A stretch of 64,000 nucleotides of DNA from Myxococcales bacterium (GTDB lineage Bacteria > Myxococcota > UBA727 > JABDBI01). Of the stretch, positions 8,712-19,207 are shown one piece after another (position 1 is the stretch's first letter; every line of letters begins with the position of its first letter). Under the pieces are notes generated by a model. It was not told the origin of the DNA and made no database searches. It saw only the letters and a list, made by a program, of their open reading frames with translations. The position numbers were made by a program, and so were the translations under genes. The stretch lies in assembly GCA_947445025.1 (NCBI GenBank), contig CANFCB010000001.1, forward strand, positions 2,816 through 66,815, read 5' to 3'.

Positions 8712-10235
8712 TCAGCATTGCTGAATAAACGCTACTAAGGTTCTAACCCCAAAGCCAGCTCCTCCCTTACTCGTATAAGCATGATCTTTATCTTGCGTGG
8801 CTGGACCAGCAATATCAAGATGCGCCCAGGCAATGCCATCATTGACAAACTTCTTCAAAAAGAGCGCAGCAGTAATAGCGCCTCCATAACGGGTGCCAGT
8901 ATTCTTCATATCCGCAACAGTGCTTTTAAGTTGGTCGCGCAAATCTTCATTGAGCGGCAAGCGCCAATAGTCCTCACCTGCTGTTTTTCCAAGCGATATT
9001 AAAGTCTCTGCGAGTTCATCTTGCGTCGAAAATATCCCGGCAGTTTGAGGCCCTAAAGCGATCATGCAAGCGCCGGTCAACGTCGCCAAGTCAATCAGGT
9101 AGTCAGGTTCTTCTTTGCTTTGGGCATAATCAAGCGCATCTGCCAAAACCAGTCGTCCCTCAGCGTCGGTATTATTAATTTCGACAGTTAATCCGCGACG
9201 AGACTTGATCACATCTCCGGGGTGATAAGCATGTGGCCCTATTCCATTTTCAACACAGGAAAGATAACCAGTGACTGAAACATTGGGCTTTAATTTAGCG
9301 ACCGTGAGCATGGTAGCAAAAACAGCAGCGGCGCCAGACATGTCAACTTTCATATCCAGCATACCATCGGCGGGTTTGATATCTAAACCGCCTGAATCAA
9401 AAGTGACGCCTTTGCCCACCAGCGCAATATGTTTTTTGGCTTTTTTATCCGGATGATATTTCAGTACAATCAAACAGGGAGGGGCAACTTTGGCCGACGC
9501 TTTACCCACTGCTAAAATCAGACGCATGTTTTCTTTTTCGAGCTCTTTCTCTTCAAGAACTTCTACTTCAAGACCCAAAGCTTTTCCTTCTTTTAAGGCA
9601 AGTTTAGCCAGGGCAGGCGGGTTCACAACCCAAGGACCCTCATTGATGAGATCACGGGCGAAGCAAACACCCTCGCTTATGGCTTTTGCTTGGCGGACTA
9701 ATTCTTGATCGATTTTGTAATTTTTATCTGTGCAAGTGAGAAAAACATCTTTGACAAATATTTCAGGCTTGTTTTCCGTAAAGTATTTATCAAAACGATA
9801 ACGGGACAAATACACGCCTTCCGTTGCTGCAGATAAAGCTGCTTCAGGAGCAATTTTCGAGGCTGGCACTGATAATAAAAGATTAAAGCTAACCGCACGT
9901 TTATCGTTAGCAAGTCGAAAAGCCTGGCCGCCAGCGACGCGATAGCCATCAACGGTTATTTTATCTTGAAGCCCCAAACCAATCAAGGCAATGTAACTAG
10001 CGCCTGCTTCAGACAAGGTGCTGACAACAAATTGCTGTCCTGATTTTCCGCAAAACCCTTCTTTTTGCGCAGTGGCGATGATCTGTTTTTGCAACGTCGC
10101 GGTAGTTAATTTTAAGGCAGAAAAAAGCGAAGACAATTCAGGACATTTTTTCTCGCCAGAATCAAAAATGCCATAAGCAAAGATATCGATCTTTTTATTT
10201 TTTAGATCTCCAAGGGAGACAATAGATACTTTCAT
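8712..10235 (-). CDS. pepA: Leucyl/cytosol aminopeptidase (M17 family)
   Basis: NTDAEGRLVLADAL signature, M17 metal ligands, ~500 aa. Confidence 0.85.
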   Translation of the reverse strand: MKVSIVSLGDLKNKKIDIFAYGIFDSGEKKCPELSSLFSALKLTTATLQKQIIATAQKEGFCGKSGQQFVVSTLSEAGASYIALIGLGLQDKITVDGYRVAGGQAFRLANDKRAVSFNLLLSVPASKIAPEAALSAATEGVYLSRYRFDKYFTENKPEIFVKDVFLTCTDKNYKIDQELVRQAKAISEGVCFARDLINEGPWVVNPPALAKLALKEGKALGLEVEVLEEKELEKENMRLILAVGKASAKVAPPCLIVLKYHPDKKAKKHIALVGKGVTFDSGGLDIKPADGMLDMKVDMSGAAAVFATMLTVAKLKPNVSVTGYLSCVENGIGPHAYHPGDVIKSRRGLTVEINNTDAEGRLVLADALDYAQSKEEPDYLIDLATLTGACMIALGPQTAGIFSTQDELAETLISLGKTAGEDYWRLPLNEDLRDQLKSTVADMKNTGTRYGGAITAALFLKKFVNDGIAWAHLDIAGPATQDKDHAYTSKGGAGFGVRTLVAFIQQC

Positions 10236-10264
10236 AATGGGTCCTTAATAATTTATTGGCGAGG

Positions 10265-11497
10265 TTATAACCGTTTTAACAAGCGAGTTGTTCCAAGCAA
10301 CATCAGGGAAATAACGCTAATGTAAAAACTTGGAATCCACAAGCTTTGACTCCAATTAATAAAATAAATAAGCAGCATTGGCGCCGTTCCTCCAAGCACT
10401 GCAGTGCCTAAATTGAATCCCAGACTGACCCCAAGATAGCGTATCGCGGGAGGAAAAAGTTTTTGCATGTAGGGGTGCTCACTGGCAGATATTCCTCCGC
10501 ACATTAAAGCAAAGACGAAGGTTCCGAGGATGAGAAAACCGAATTGAAGTAATGCAAAACTAACAAAACTTCCCAGGATAAAAAGGCCTGACATCGTCGG
10601 AATGAAGCTATGGTTTTCTCCCAGACGATCATAGAGCATGCCCAGCAAAGGGGTAGCAACCAAATAAAAAATCAATCCCAAAGTTGCCATCAAAGAGGCT
10701 TTGCTTGTCGCAACTCCTAAAAATACTTCCATGTAGATTTTTAAAAAAGCGATCAACATGTAAAGAAGCGTTCCGTCGAGAGCGCCTATTAAAACTGTTA
10801 TTAAGAGACTAAGTTTATGACGGCTAAGTGTTTTGAAATACGCTTTTGCATTTTTGGGCAGCAGGTTTTTTTGCAGCGCAGAAAATACCGGTGTTTCCTC
10901 TAAACGACGTCTTAGCCAAACACCAACCAGACTGATTAAACCACCGATAATAAATGGAATTCTCCACGCCTCGGTTTGGCCAGAGAATGTCACGAGATAG
11001 CTTGCTCCAATGGCGCATAAGGCCCCAACGCCTCCAGATACAGAAACAAGTGATCCGGCTAAACCAGGAGATTTTTTCTCAACATGTTCGAGCGCAAAAA
11101 TAGCAGCTCCAGTAAATTCTCCTCCTGAGCTTAAGCCCTGAATCATCCGACACAAAAATAATAGGATAGGGGAGATAATACCAGCGGATGCATAACTTGG
11201 AAGAAGTCCCATAATTAGGCAGGGAATGCCCATGAGTAAAATGGAGAGGGAAAGCGCATTTCGCCGTCCATGCTTATCACCAAGATAACCAAACAATATG
11301 CCGCCCACGGGACGCATAATAAATCCAGCTGCGAAAGCTCCAAAAGCTGCTAGCAAGGAAGCGATTTGGCTGGTTTCAGGAAAAAAATACTGGCTAAAAG
11401 TGCTGATGAAAATTGCATAGAGAGTAAAATCATAAAACTCGAGCATGGTGCCGAGCACACTGATGCCGATAATTTTTCGATGCTTCAAATCAATCAC
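10265..11497 (-). CDS. MFS transporter, metabolite:H+ symporter (ProP/KgtP-like) family
   Basis: 12-TM profile with the GYLGDKHGRR loop motif typical of the MHS subfamily. Confidence 0.7.
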   Translation of the reverse strand: MIDLKHRKIIGISVLGTMLEFYDFTLYAIFISTFSQYFFPETSQIASLLAAFGAFAAGFIMRPVGGILFGYLGDKHGRRNALSLSILLMGIPCLIMGLLPSYASAGIISPILLFLCRMIQGLSSGGEFTGAAIFALEHVEKKSPGLAGSLVSVSGGVGALCAIGASYLVTFSGQTEAWRIPFIIGGLISLVGVWLRRRLEETPVFSALQKNLLPKNAKAYFKTLSRHKLSLLITVLIGALDGTLLYMLIAFLKIYMEVFLGVATSKASLMATLGLIFYLVATPLLGMLYDRLGENHSFIPTMSGLFILGSFVSFALLQFGFLILGTFVFALMCGGISASEHPYMQKLFPPAIRYLGVSLGFNLGTAVLGGTAPMLLIYFINWSQSLWIPSFYISVISLMLLGTTRLLKRL

Positions 11498-12374
11498 GAG
11501 AAATCTCTCTTCTATGTTCTTGTCTGATTAAGAATGTCATGAGTAGCCCACCTAAGATCATTAATCCTGTCAAAGCAAATCCCTCAGACACACTGTTGCT
11601 GATTTGCGATGGCCACAGTGTGCGCAGTGCACCGATCATTAAGCCGGCTAAAATGGCCATGACAGTAGATTGATGATGATGCAACAGCCAAGATAATAAT
11701 TTGGAAAACAGCATGATTCCCGTGGCCATTCCCAGTACAAATATGGCAACGACCATAAGAGATGACATCTCAAGCAAAAACGCCTTGTGTAAATTAACTA
11801 GCAAATACTCATATTGGCCAAACACTTTGAGTAAATAACTGCCTGACAAACCCGGCAAGAGCAAAGCACATGCGCCCATGACACCATAAATAAAGAGCCA
11901 ATCATGGCTGCCGGTCGACGTTGGCAAAGCAACCAACACAAAAGTAATAGCTGCACTAGCAATGATAATCATGACTTGTTTTAAGTGAATAGCATTAATC
12001 TGACTCAAGGGAATATAGACAGAAACCAACACGAGACCAAAAATAAAGGCATTAAATGGCCCCGGATAATTCCCGCTAATCATAGGGATTACCCCAGATA
12101 TTGCCCAAATAGCAATTACAGATCCCAATGCCAGCGGCGTCAAAAATGACAATTGCATTTTATTGGCATACAAACAAAATTGACGGCTTTTAAGCAGCCC
12201 CCATAAATTAAGCAGCGTTATACTTTTTAGTGCATCCATAATGCGGGTATAAATACCCAGTAAAAGAGCGATGGTCGCCCCGTTTACACCAGGAATAGCC
12301 TCGGCAATGCCCATGCCTACACCTTGCCAGAAGTGCGTCATAAAATGCTTTCGTGATTCTTTTATTTTTTCCAC
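11490..12374 (-). CDS. DUF368-family inner membrane protein
   Basis: Polytopic protein with a …IPGVNGATIALLLGIY… segment as in DUF368. Overlaps the preceding MFS gene by 8 nt. Confidence 0.45.
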   Translation of the reverse strand: MEKIKESRKHFMTHFWQGVGMGIAEAIPGVNGATIALLLGIYTRIMDALKSITLLNLWGLLKSRQFCLYANKMQLSFLTPLALGSVIAIWAISGVIPMISGNYPGPFNAFIFGLVLVSVYIPLSQINAIHLKQVMIIIASAAITFVLVALPTSTGSHDWLFIYGVMGACALLLPGLSGSYLLKVFGQYEYLLVNLHKAFLLEMSSLMVVAIFVLGMATGIMLFSKLLSWLLHHHQSTVMAILAGLMIGALRTLWPSQISNSVSEGFALTGLMILGGLLMTFLIRQEHRREISRD

Positions 12375-12512
12375 AATTTCCCCTCATTGCCAGCCATGTT
12401 ATTTTTTTTGCACAAACAACATTATTAACGCACTAATAAAAATCCAACATCGCCTAGTTGTGCATATCAGGATTAAAGCTTTTTTAAATTGTAAATCATT
12501 AACCTCTAACAC

Positions 12513-13907
12513 ATGATGAGCGATTACATGAATCTGTTTAGAACCAAAAGCGTCGAAAGCATTGAGATGAACTCTGGCCAACTGAAACGTTGTCTAACTG
12601 CCTGGGACGTTACCTTTCTAGGTATTGGCGCTATTATTGGTGCTGGCATCTTCGTGTTAACTGGCGTGGTAGCAGCAACTAGTGCCGGGCCTGCCATTAT
12701 TCTTTCTTATGTCATGGCAGGGCTTGCCTGCGTATTTGTCGCTCTTTCTTATGCAGAACTCTCTGCCAGCATCGGCGGATGCGGTAGTGCTTATGGATAC
12801 GCTTATGCAGGTCTTGGAGAGCTCATAGCTTGGATTATTGGCTGGGATCTTTTACTAGAATACGGACTTGGCATCTCAACCGTTGCAGTCGGCTGGTCAG
12901 GCTACGTCGAGAGTGCCTTTGCTTCCATGGGCATAACTTTGCCGACGGCTCTGGTCAACAGTCCTTTTGAAGGCGGTATTATTGATTTACCAGCGATGTT
13001 AATTATTCTTCTTTTAGCAGGATTGCTCTGTTTGGGCACCAGAGAAAGTTCTCGTTTCAATACTGGGATTGTATTTATTAAGTTACTCGCCATTGCTGTT
13101 TTCATAGGAGTTGCGGTTTTTCACGTTGACACCCAAAATTGGAAGGTCTTTATGCCTTTTGGCTGGGACGGAATGATGCGCGGTGCAGCACTGGTATTTT
13201 TTGCATACATTGGATTTGACGCCGTCTCGACTGCGGCCGAAGAAACTATTAATCCGCAACGCAATTTGCCCATCGGTATCATTGCATCTTTGTTGTTCTG
13301 TACAATAATTTACATCGTGGTTTCGGCGCTCTTAACATTGGTGGTTCCTTATACCAGCCTTAACGTCTCATCACCCGTTGCTAGTGCTTTGTTACTGCTA
13401 CAGCAGCCTCTTGCTGCAGGTCTTATTTCTGCCGGTGCCATTGCTGGGCTCACTACAGTGATGCTGGTGCTTTATTTTGGTTTTTCACGTATTTTTTTGG
13501 CCATTTCACGAGATGGTTTATTGCCAGCCCGTTTTGCCAAGATCAATCCCAAGACGCAAACTCCCGTGTCCATTATTTTAGGCAGCGGTGTTATCATGGC
13601 GATTACCGCAGGATTGACGCCTATTAATGAGCTCGCAGAACTAGTCAACATTGGTACTTTGGCTGCCTTCGTATTGGTCTGTGCCGGAGTTATCGCTCTT
13701 CGCATCACCAAACCAGATATGCCCAGACCCTTTAAGTTATCATGGCATCCCGTGATTCCGGTTTTAGGAATTATTTTTTGTCTGGCTTTGATGTTTAGTC
13801 TGCCAGCGACGACCTGGTTCAGATTTTTAATATGGATGATTGCGGGTTTCGTTATTTATGCTGTCTATGGCTACAAACACAGCAAGATTGGTCAAACGGA
13901 AAAGTAA
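12513..13907 (+). CDS. Amino acid permease (APC superfamily, cationic amino acid transporter-like)
   Basis: 12-14 TM segments with a characteristic N-terminal region (WDVTFLGIGAIIGAGIFVLTG). Confidence 0.8.
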   Translation: MMSDYMNLFRTKSVESIEMNSGQLKRCLTAWDVTFLGIGAIIGAGIFVLTGVVAATSAGPAIILSYVMAGLACVFVALSYAELSASIGGCGSAYGYAYAGLGELIAWIIGWDLLLEYGLGISTVAVGWSGYVESAFASMGITLPTALVNSPFEGGIIDLPAMLIILLLAGLLCLGTRESSRFNTGIVFIKLLAIAVFIGVAVFHVDTQNWKVFMPFGWDGMMRGAALVFFAYIGFDAVSTAAEETINPQRNLPIGIIASLLFCTIIYIVVSALLTLVVPYTSLNVSSPVASALLLLQQPLAAGLISAGAIAGLTTVMLVLYFGFSRIFLAISRDGLLPARFAKINPKTQTPVSIILGSGVIMAITAGLTPINELAELVNIGTLAAFVLVCAGVIALRITKPDMPRPFKLSWHPVIPVLGIIFCLALMFSLPATTWFRFLIWMIAGFVIYAVYGYKHSKIGQTEK

Positions 13908-14644
13908 GCTTTCCAAAACACATAGATGGCCAGCGTTAATAAAAGCAGCACAAAATACTTGGTGATGGTTTGATCTTTTAAATGGGGCAGCAGGCGTGCC
14001 CCCATTTGTGCACCAATAAGACCGCCTACGCCCAATAAAATTGACTGCTGCAAATTAATGTTGCCAGCGACGTAGTGCCCTAGGCTTGAAAAAAAAGCAG
14101 AGATCATCACTACCCCAAGACTGGTACGCACGGCAGTTTTTAAGGGGTATTTTAAAATCAAAACCTGCAAGGGAACCATTACCGCGCCGCCACCAACTCC
14201 AAATATCCCTGATAAAAAACCGCCAAGTCCACCGACCCATACTAAAGAATAGATCTGTTGCTTCGCAATTGGTGCTGGTTCTAAATGCACACTTTTGCTG
14301 CGTAATTTGAACAAAGCGATACAAACCAATAAAAAAATGCCAAAGAAAAAAAGCAGCCAAAAGGCAGGAAGCTTCGATGCTGAAAAAACCCCAATCTGTG
14401 TCGAGATGATGCACGGTAAAGACATGTAGGTTAGTTTTTTGTGATCTAAGTGCCCCTGGCGCCAATTATGAAAGCTGGCGGACATGGCAATAATTAAAAC
14501 GGCTAAAGCACTGGTTCCCACGGCGTTCAAGGGGGCGCTACCCAGAAAAACCAAGAAAGGCACAATAATGAGGCCGCCACCAACGCCGAGAAAACCTGAA
14601 AGCGTGCCAATCAAACATCCGCTAATTAATAGTATAAAAATCAT
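13892..14644 (-). CDS. TauE/SafE (DUF81) family anion exporter
   Basis: Duplicated 4-TM repeats with GVGGG(L/A) motifs. Its 3' end overlaps the 3' end of the convergent permease gene by 16 nt. Confidence 0.75.
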   Translation of the reverse strand: MIFILLISGCLIGTLSGFLGVGGGLIIVPFLVFLGSAPLNAVGTSALAVLIIAMSASFHNWRQGHLDHKKLTYMSLPCIISTQIGVFSASKLPAFWLLFFFGIFLLVCIALFKLRSKSVHLEPAPIAKQQIYSLVWVGGLGGFLSGIFGVGGGAVMVPLQVLILKYPLKTAVRTSLGVVMISAFFSSLGHYVAGNINLQQSILLGVGGLIGAQMGARLLPHLKDQTITKYFVLLLLTLAIYVFWKAYFSV

Positions 14645-14653
14645 GAGGCACTG

Positions 14654-15838
14654 TTACCATTTTTTTAAAGAAGTTTTTAATAATTGCACAGATTCTACAA
14701 TTTTGTCGGTTGCCACATTTTTTCGTTTCGCTAAATCTTTGCTATCCGCAACAAATCCAGAGGAATGTGAAATTAAGGTAGGCTGAAATAACCAACTCTT
14801 GGGGTTATTTAACAGCGCAAGCTCAACTGTGGCTTTTTGGTAAACAGGTTTTTCTAATCGGGTAATCCAGAGTTTATGATCAGCCATCACCAGCATGCCA
14901 TGATCATTGGGACTATCGCCGGCAATCAGATAAGGCATTTTTTTGATCCACTGTAAAATATTGGCTGATTTCCCATAATAAGCAGACATGGGAGGCACAA
15001 TTTGCGTCGACAACTTATATTATGATAATACAGCTGCACTTAAATTGGCATACTGCGTATTTTCAATTGCTAAAAACGGATCTTTATAAAGAAGCTCTTT
15101 TGGTCCATGTAAAAGCGCGGAGATGCCAATTATTTGTTGCGGTTTAATGCCGTTGCTAACGCCCCGTTCTTGTAATTTTTTATTTAACACTTGAGTGACT
15201 ATCCATCTCACACTCCAAACATTACTCGCCGATATAATCCAAACATCATAATCCGCCTTTAATAGCTCCCCGAGCAACTCCACCATTTCTGGATAAAAAT
15301 ACGGAACCGGTGTCTTTTCGATATGCGTCCATGATTCAGGATGCCTCATATCGTGTTCGGCTTTGCCATTCTGGTAGGCTAGCGAGGTTTTTTCAACAAT
15401 TTGTTGAGGGGTGAGACCTGCCATAATTTGCACAAGCCAAGCATAGGCATTTAAATACGGCGCTTTATCCAAAACATGATGGTTGCTGCTTTCCAGATAA
15501 GTTTGATAGACTGCCATTAAATCACCACTGGCAACAGAAATTGGCGTCGTTCCTTGGGGCAGATTTTCTGCAGTCAAAAGACCATCGCGTATCATGACCG
15601 CAAAGGTGGCTTCGCCGATATCACGACAAACCAGCGTGTTGTCAAAATCAAATACCACCGGAAGTTTCTGACCTTTTTTGGCCTCGATAATTTCAATGAG
15701 TCTTTTTTTAACGAAAGGATTCCAACCAGGCTCTTCTAGTTTAACGGTGCTCAATGCTGTACTTATTGATTGAGTAGCAAAAATAATAAAAGCTAAAAAA
15801 CAAAAACGCATCTTGAACTCCTTTAATTGGACCTTCAA
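14654..15838 (-). pseudogene. Secreted HAD-superfamily hydrolase gene interrupted by an in-frame TAA (two ORFs in the same frame)
   Basis: Upstream ORF has a signal peptide and HAD motif I (VVFDFDNTL). Downstream ORF has motif IV (AGDSPNDHGML). A single TAA at ~15020-15022 separates them in the same frame. Confidence 0.5.
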
Positions 15839-15875
15839 GAAACGATAGCTTCTGATAATTTGTTCCTATATTATT

Positions 15876-17051
15876 TTAAAAAAACTGCAGTTTTTTCATG
15901 TCATCGTGACGTTCTTTATCGATAGCGTGTACATAACGACGCGTTGTTTCATCACTTTCGTGACGATGATTGGCCTTGATGTGTCCAAAACGAATACCGA
16001 CTCTGTCTTGCATAGAAGCCGATAAATGCCTGAGCCAATGAGGGGAGAAACACTTTAGTTTATTCGCTCTGCTGGGATTATCTGCAATGCTCATCGCGGC
16101 TTTCACAGCAAGCTGTTTAAGCAAATACCCCATTTGTCTGGCGCCTAAAGCATGTTGATGATGCCAAGAGGGAATCAACGGAATTGTTTCATCGCAAGCA
16201 GGCAACGGCGGCAAGTTTAGATGCAGGCGAAAACGTATTACTTCATCGAGCAGCGCCGGATTAACGGGAATCTTTCCTGGCTTATCACCTTTGCCTACCA
16301 CGAAAAACCACCAGTCCCCGTGAATTTGCTTAAAGGCATTCCAGCCATGGGTTTCCAATTCATGAATACGAAGTCCCAGCAAAAATAAAATTGCTACTAA
16401 AAAACGCAAGCGTGCTTTTTCATCTCGTTCACGCGCATTGGTTTCGGTTAAGTCTTGCAAGGTATTTAATAAAAGCTGCCAATCTTCATCTTCTAAAATT
16501 CGCTCATGAAGTTTAATAGCTTGTGCTTGTTGACGTTGATGCCGGCTTGCTTTGCGGCGCATTAAGCTTAACGGATTAAACTCTAAATAAGATGCTGCTA
16601 GCAAATATTGAAACAAGGAATCCAAAATCGTAAGCGCCGTCATTTGCGCTGTAGGGCTTAAAGGACCAACAAAAGGTCGCCACGAAGAGACATGTCGCTT
16701 GCTTGCTCTGCTTCCTTTGGGACCACACCAAACATGCGCGGGCAGGGGATCAGACAAAAAGTGAATATATTCTTCAAAATCCTGCCTGGTTAACGATGAC
16801 AAGGCTTTTTTCTTTTCAATTAGACACCATAACAGCAAACGCTCAGATTCTTTTTGGTAAGCGCGATAGGTCGAAGACTTTGCTATATATTCAGACAACC
16901 AACAGCAAATCGCTTCCCAATCATTGCTTGCCGCAATTTGACAAGTCCGCGTGTGGCAGCGATTGGCTCCAGTTTCGCCATTGAGATGCTTTAAAGAATC
17001 CTGCAATAAATTAAGAGGCGCTAATTTCTGTATTTCCTGTAGTGGTGGCAT
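15876..17051 (-). mobile_element. Tyrosine-type site-specific recombinase/integrase
   Basis: Box I GLRIHELE; box II HWLRHLSAS…RFGH…TTRRYVH with the catalytic Tyr; N-terminal SAM-like domain. Confidence 0.8.
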
Positions 17052-18075
17052 CCGCTTTTTCCTGATTTTTTTGGCGATAGATCAACTCACGTTGCAGTTT
17101 TTGCCAAAATCCTTTGTATTCAATACTACGCTTATTCGCGACAGCTAATTCGCCACGCACCGCGGCATGCTTAATTTCCAACGCCCGGCAAAGCTTTACG
17201 ACTTGCTCAGATTCCTGCTCTTGTTTGCATGCTTTTTTTTGTGCCATAATTAATTCTTGCCTATGCAGCTCAACTTTTTCTTGCTGTATGGCGTATTTTT
17301 TAAGCACCAGCTCATTTTTTTCATGAAGATGTCTTAAGGTCACACGAAATTGATTGCTTTCATCGCTAAATGCTTGCCACTGTTCTTTATAAGTTATTTG
17401 CAATTGCAAAACACTCTGCTCTTTTTCGTTAAGCGTTTTCTGTGCTTTGTCTTTCCAAAAATCGATTTCTTTTTCCTGCACGGTTTTAAGCTCAGCTTGC
17501 AGCAGACTAAAATCGGTTTTATATTGGTAAAATAATTTTTCGCTGGTTTGGTAACGTTGCATGGTCAGCGCGTGCGTATTTTTTTCTTCACTAAGCTGCA
17601 TGCGCAATTCGCCATGCTGCTGCCGCATGGCTGCGAATTGGCTGTCTAGAGTTTGATGGTGCGCCTGCAGTTTTTCATGGGCTTCTTTTAACACACTGTA
17701 TTCTTGGTGGGATTTTTGAAGCTTGTCCGCAAAATCCTGGTGCATTTTTTCTAAGTGATCCTGGCTTTCACTTTGAATTTGCTCATAAACCAAAGCAACG
17801 GCACGACTAATGGGGTCACTGGGAGAGTCCGCGGGTTCACCCCCCGTCTCCACATCAGAAATTCCTCTGCTCATTTTCCAGGAGCGGCGAAATTTATACA
17901 TTTCATTGGGACTGCCTTTTTTATAACCCAAAACTATTAGCTGATCGCGAATGGCATCCCCAGTGATCTTATTAGGCAAGGCATGAAGCGCCCATAAATC
18001 ATCGCAGGCCTTCCAAACTTCATTTTCTCTTCGAGTCCCTGGGTAATCCATCATCTCTCTCCGCTCTATCCTCAA
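17011..18075 (-). CDS. KfrA-like protein: N-terminal DNA-binding domain plus long coiled coil (plasmid/ICE-type)
   Basis: N-terminus (…NEVWKACDDLWALHALPNKITGDAIRDQLIVLGYKKGSPNEMYKFRRSW) resembles the KfrA_N DNA-binding domain, followed by ~280 aa of heptad-rich Q/E/K/L sequence. The 3' end overlaps the integrase start by 41 nt. Confidence 0.5.
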   Translation of the reverse strand: MRIERREMMDYPGTRRENEVWKACDDLWALHALPNKITGDAIRDQLIVLGYKKGSPNEMYKFRRSWKMSRGISDVETGGEPADSPSDPISRAVALVYEQIQSESQDHLEKMHQDFADKLQKSHQEYSVLKEAHEKLQAHHQTLDSQFAAMRQQHGELRMQLSEEKNTHALTMQRYQTSEKLFYQYKTDFSLLQAELKTVQEKEIDFWKDKAQKTLNEKEQSVLQLQITYKEQWQAFSDESNQFRVTLRHLHEKNELVLKKYAIQQEKVELHRQELIMAQKKACKQEQESEQVVKLCRALEIKHAAVRGELAVANKRSIEYKGFWQKLQRELIYRQKNQEKADATTTGNTEISAS

Positions 18076-18211
18076 GTTTTATCATGAAAAATATAAGCAG
18101 TGTTGACAGAATAATAATTTTTAGTCAATCATAGTATCAATACTAGGCCGTAGTATTAATAAAATAAGTACGAAATCTTCTGATAACCTTAATTATCAGA
18201 ACTTTACTAAT
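18076..18211. promoter_or_regulatory. Operator-like inverted-repeat cluster upstream of the KfrA-like gene
   Basis: TAGTAT/ATACTA hexamers alternate at ~18132-18157. A 9-bp-arm palindrome cTTCTGATAA-ccttaa-TTATCAGAAc lies at ~18178-18201. Confidence 0.35.
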
Positions 18212-19111
18212 TTATTTACAGGTTGCTTGTGAGCGCAATTTTTCCATTTGCATGCGCAATTCGAGGCCGCTTGTATCTAAAGATAGGAAGTATGCTCGAC
18301 CATTAAAGAATATGGTAGGCGTACCCTCAAGACCCAGCATCTGGGCTTCTTTAGTGCTGTTCTCGATTTTTTCAATTATCTTAGGGTTGCTCAAGTCAGA
18401 CTGAAATTTTGTGAGCTTTTTACCTTGAAGACCTATTTCTTTGGCGATGTTTAAAATGTGCTTTTCGCTTAAAGACTGTTTGCTGTTAAATAATGCTTCG
18501 TGCATTTCCCAGAATTTACCCTGTTCGCCTGCTGCTTCTGAGGCAATGGCTGCAGCAAAGGACATAGGGTGAACGGGTAGTGGGTAGTGTTTGTAGACGA
18601 GTCGCATTTCTCCTGGATATTTTTTAAGGAGCGCATTTAAGGCGGCCGCGGTGGTTTTGCAGTGCGCACATTCGAAGTCAGCGAATTCAACTAGAGTGAT
18701 AAGGGGTTTTGCTGCACCTTTGCCATGGTAATCCGCTAAATCAATTATTTGCGGTCTGGCACTGAATCCTAAACCAATCTCTTTTGTGAGCGGTTCGGCC
18801 ATGATCTCAAAAGGAACACCTTGGCGGATATTTTCGATTGCCCATTGGCTTAACACAACTGCAGGTTGGCATTGCTCTGGGGTTTGCAAGCATCCTGCCA
18901 GGGATTTTGGGCACTCGCATGGGCAAATTTCTTCGTTGGCAAATTTTAAAAAAGCTTCTTTTTGGGGCGTTGATAACCCTGCCATAGAAACAGCAGGAAG
19001 GCGGCTATATTTGATTTCTTTTTTGGCACTGGAGGCTGCGCTGCATCCTTCTTTAGACATGCAATTGGCCGTCATAATTAATATCAACAGCAAGGTGAGT
19101 GACGTTTTCAT
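18212..19111 (-). CDS. Secreted DsbA-family thiol:disulfide oxidoreductase with an extra Cys-rich N-terminal domain
   Basis: Signal peptide; thioredoxin-fold active site FECAHC; additional CPCECP…C…C cysteines upstream. Confidence 0.7.
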   Translation of the reverse strand: MKTSLTLLLILIMTANCMSKEGCSAASSAKKEIKYSRLPAVSMAGLSTPQKEAFLKFANEEICPCECPKSLAGCLQTPEQCQPAVVLSQWAIENIRQGVPFEIMAEPLTKEIGLGFSARPQIIDLADYHGKGAAKPLITLVEFADFECAHCKTTAAALNALLKKYPGEMRLVYKHYPLPVHPMSFAAAIASEAAGEQGKFWEMHEALFNSKQSLSEKHILNIAKEIGLQGKKLTKFQSDLSNPKIIEKIENSTKEAQMLGLEGTPTIFFNGRAYFLSLDTSGLELRMQMEKLRSQATCK

Positions 19112-19207
19112 CGATTTTTAAACCTTTTAATTCAAATATAAGAGCATTGCCAAATTATTCTCTGTGAGGCAATACTTTGGACAATTAAAACGCATACTAT
19201 TTTCAAG

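Noticed and set aside
13892-13907. 16-nt 3'-3' overlap of convergent permease and TauE genes as a possible antisense regulation site
   Set aside because: Short convergent overlaps are common in compact genomes, and no additional structure was noted. Nothing supports a regulatory role.
18103-18108. Plus-strand TTGACA hexamer in the kfrA-like upstream region
   Set aside because: It is oriented toward the 3' end of the minus-strand DsbA-like gene, with no plus-strand gene downstream. It is probably a chance match.
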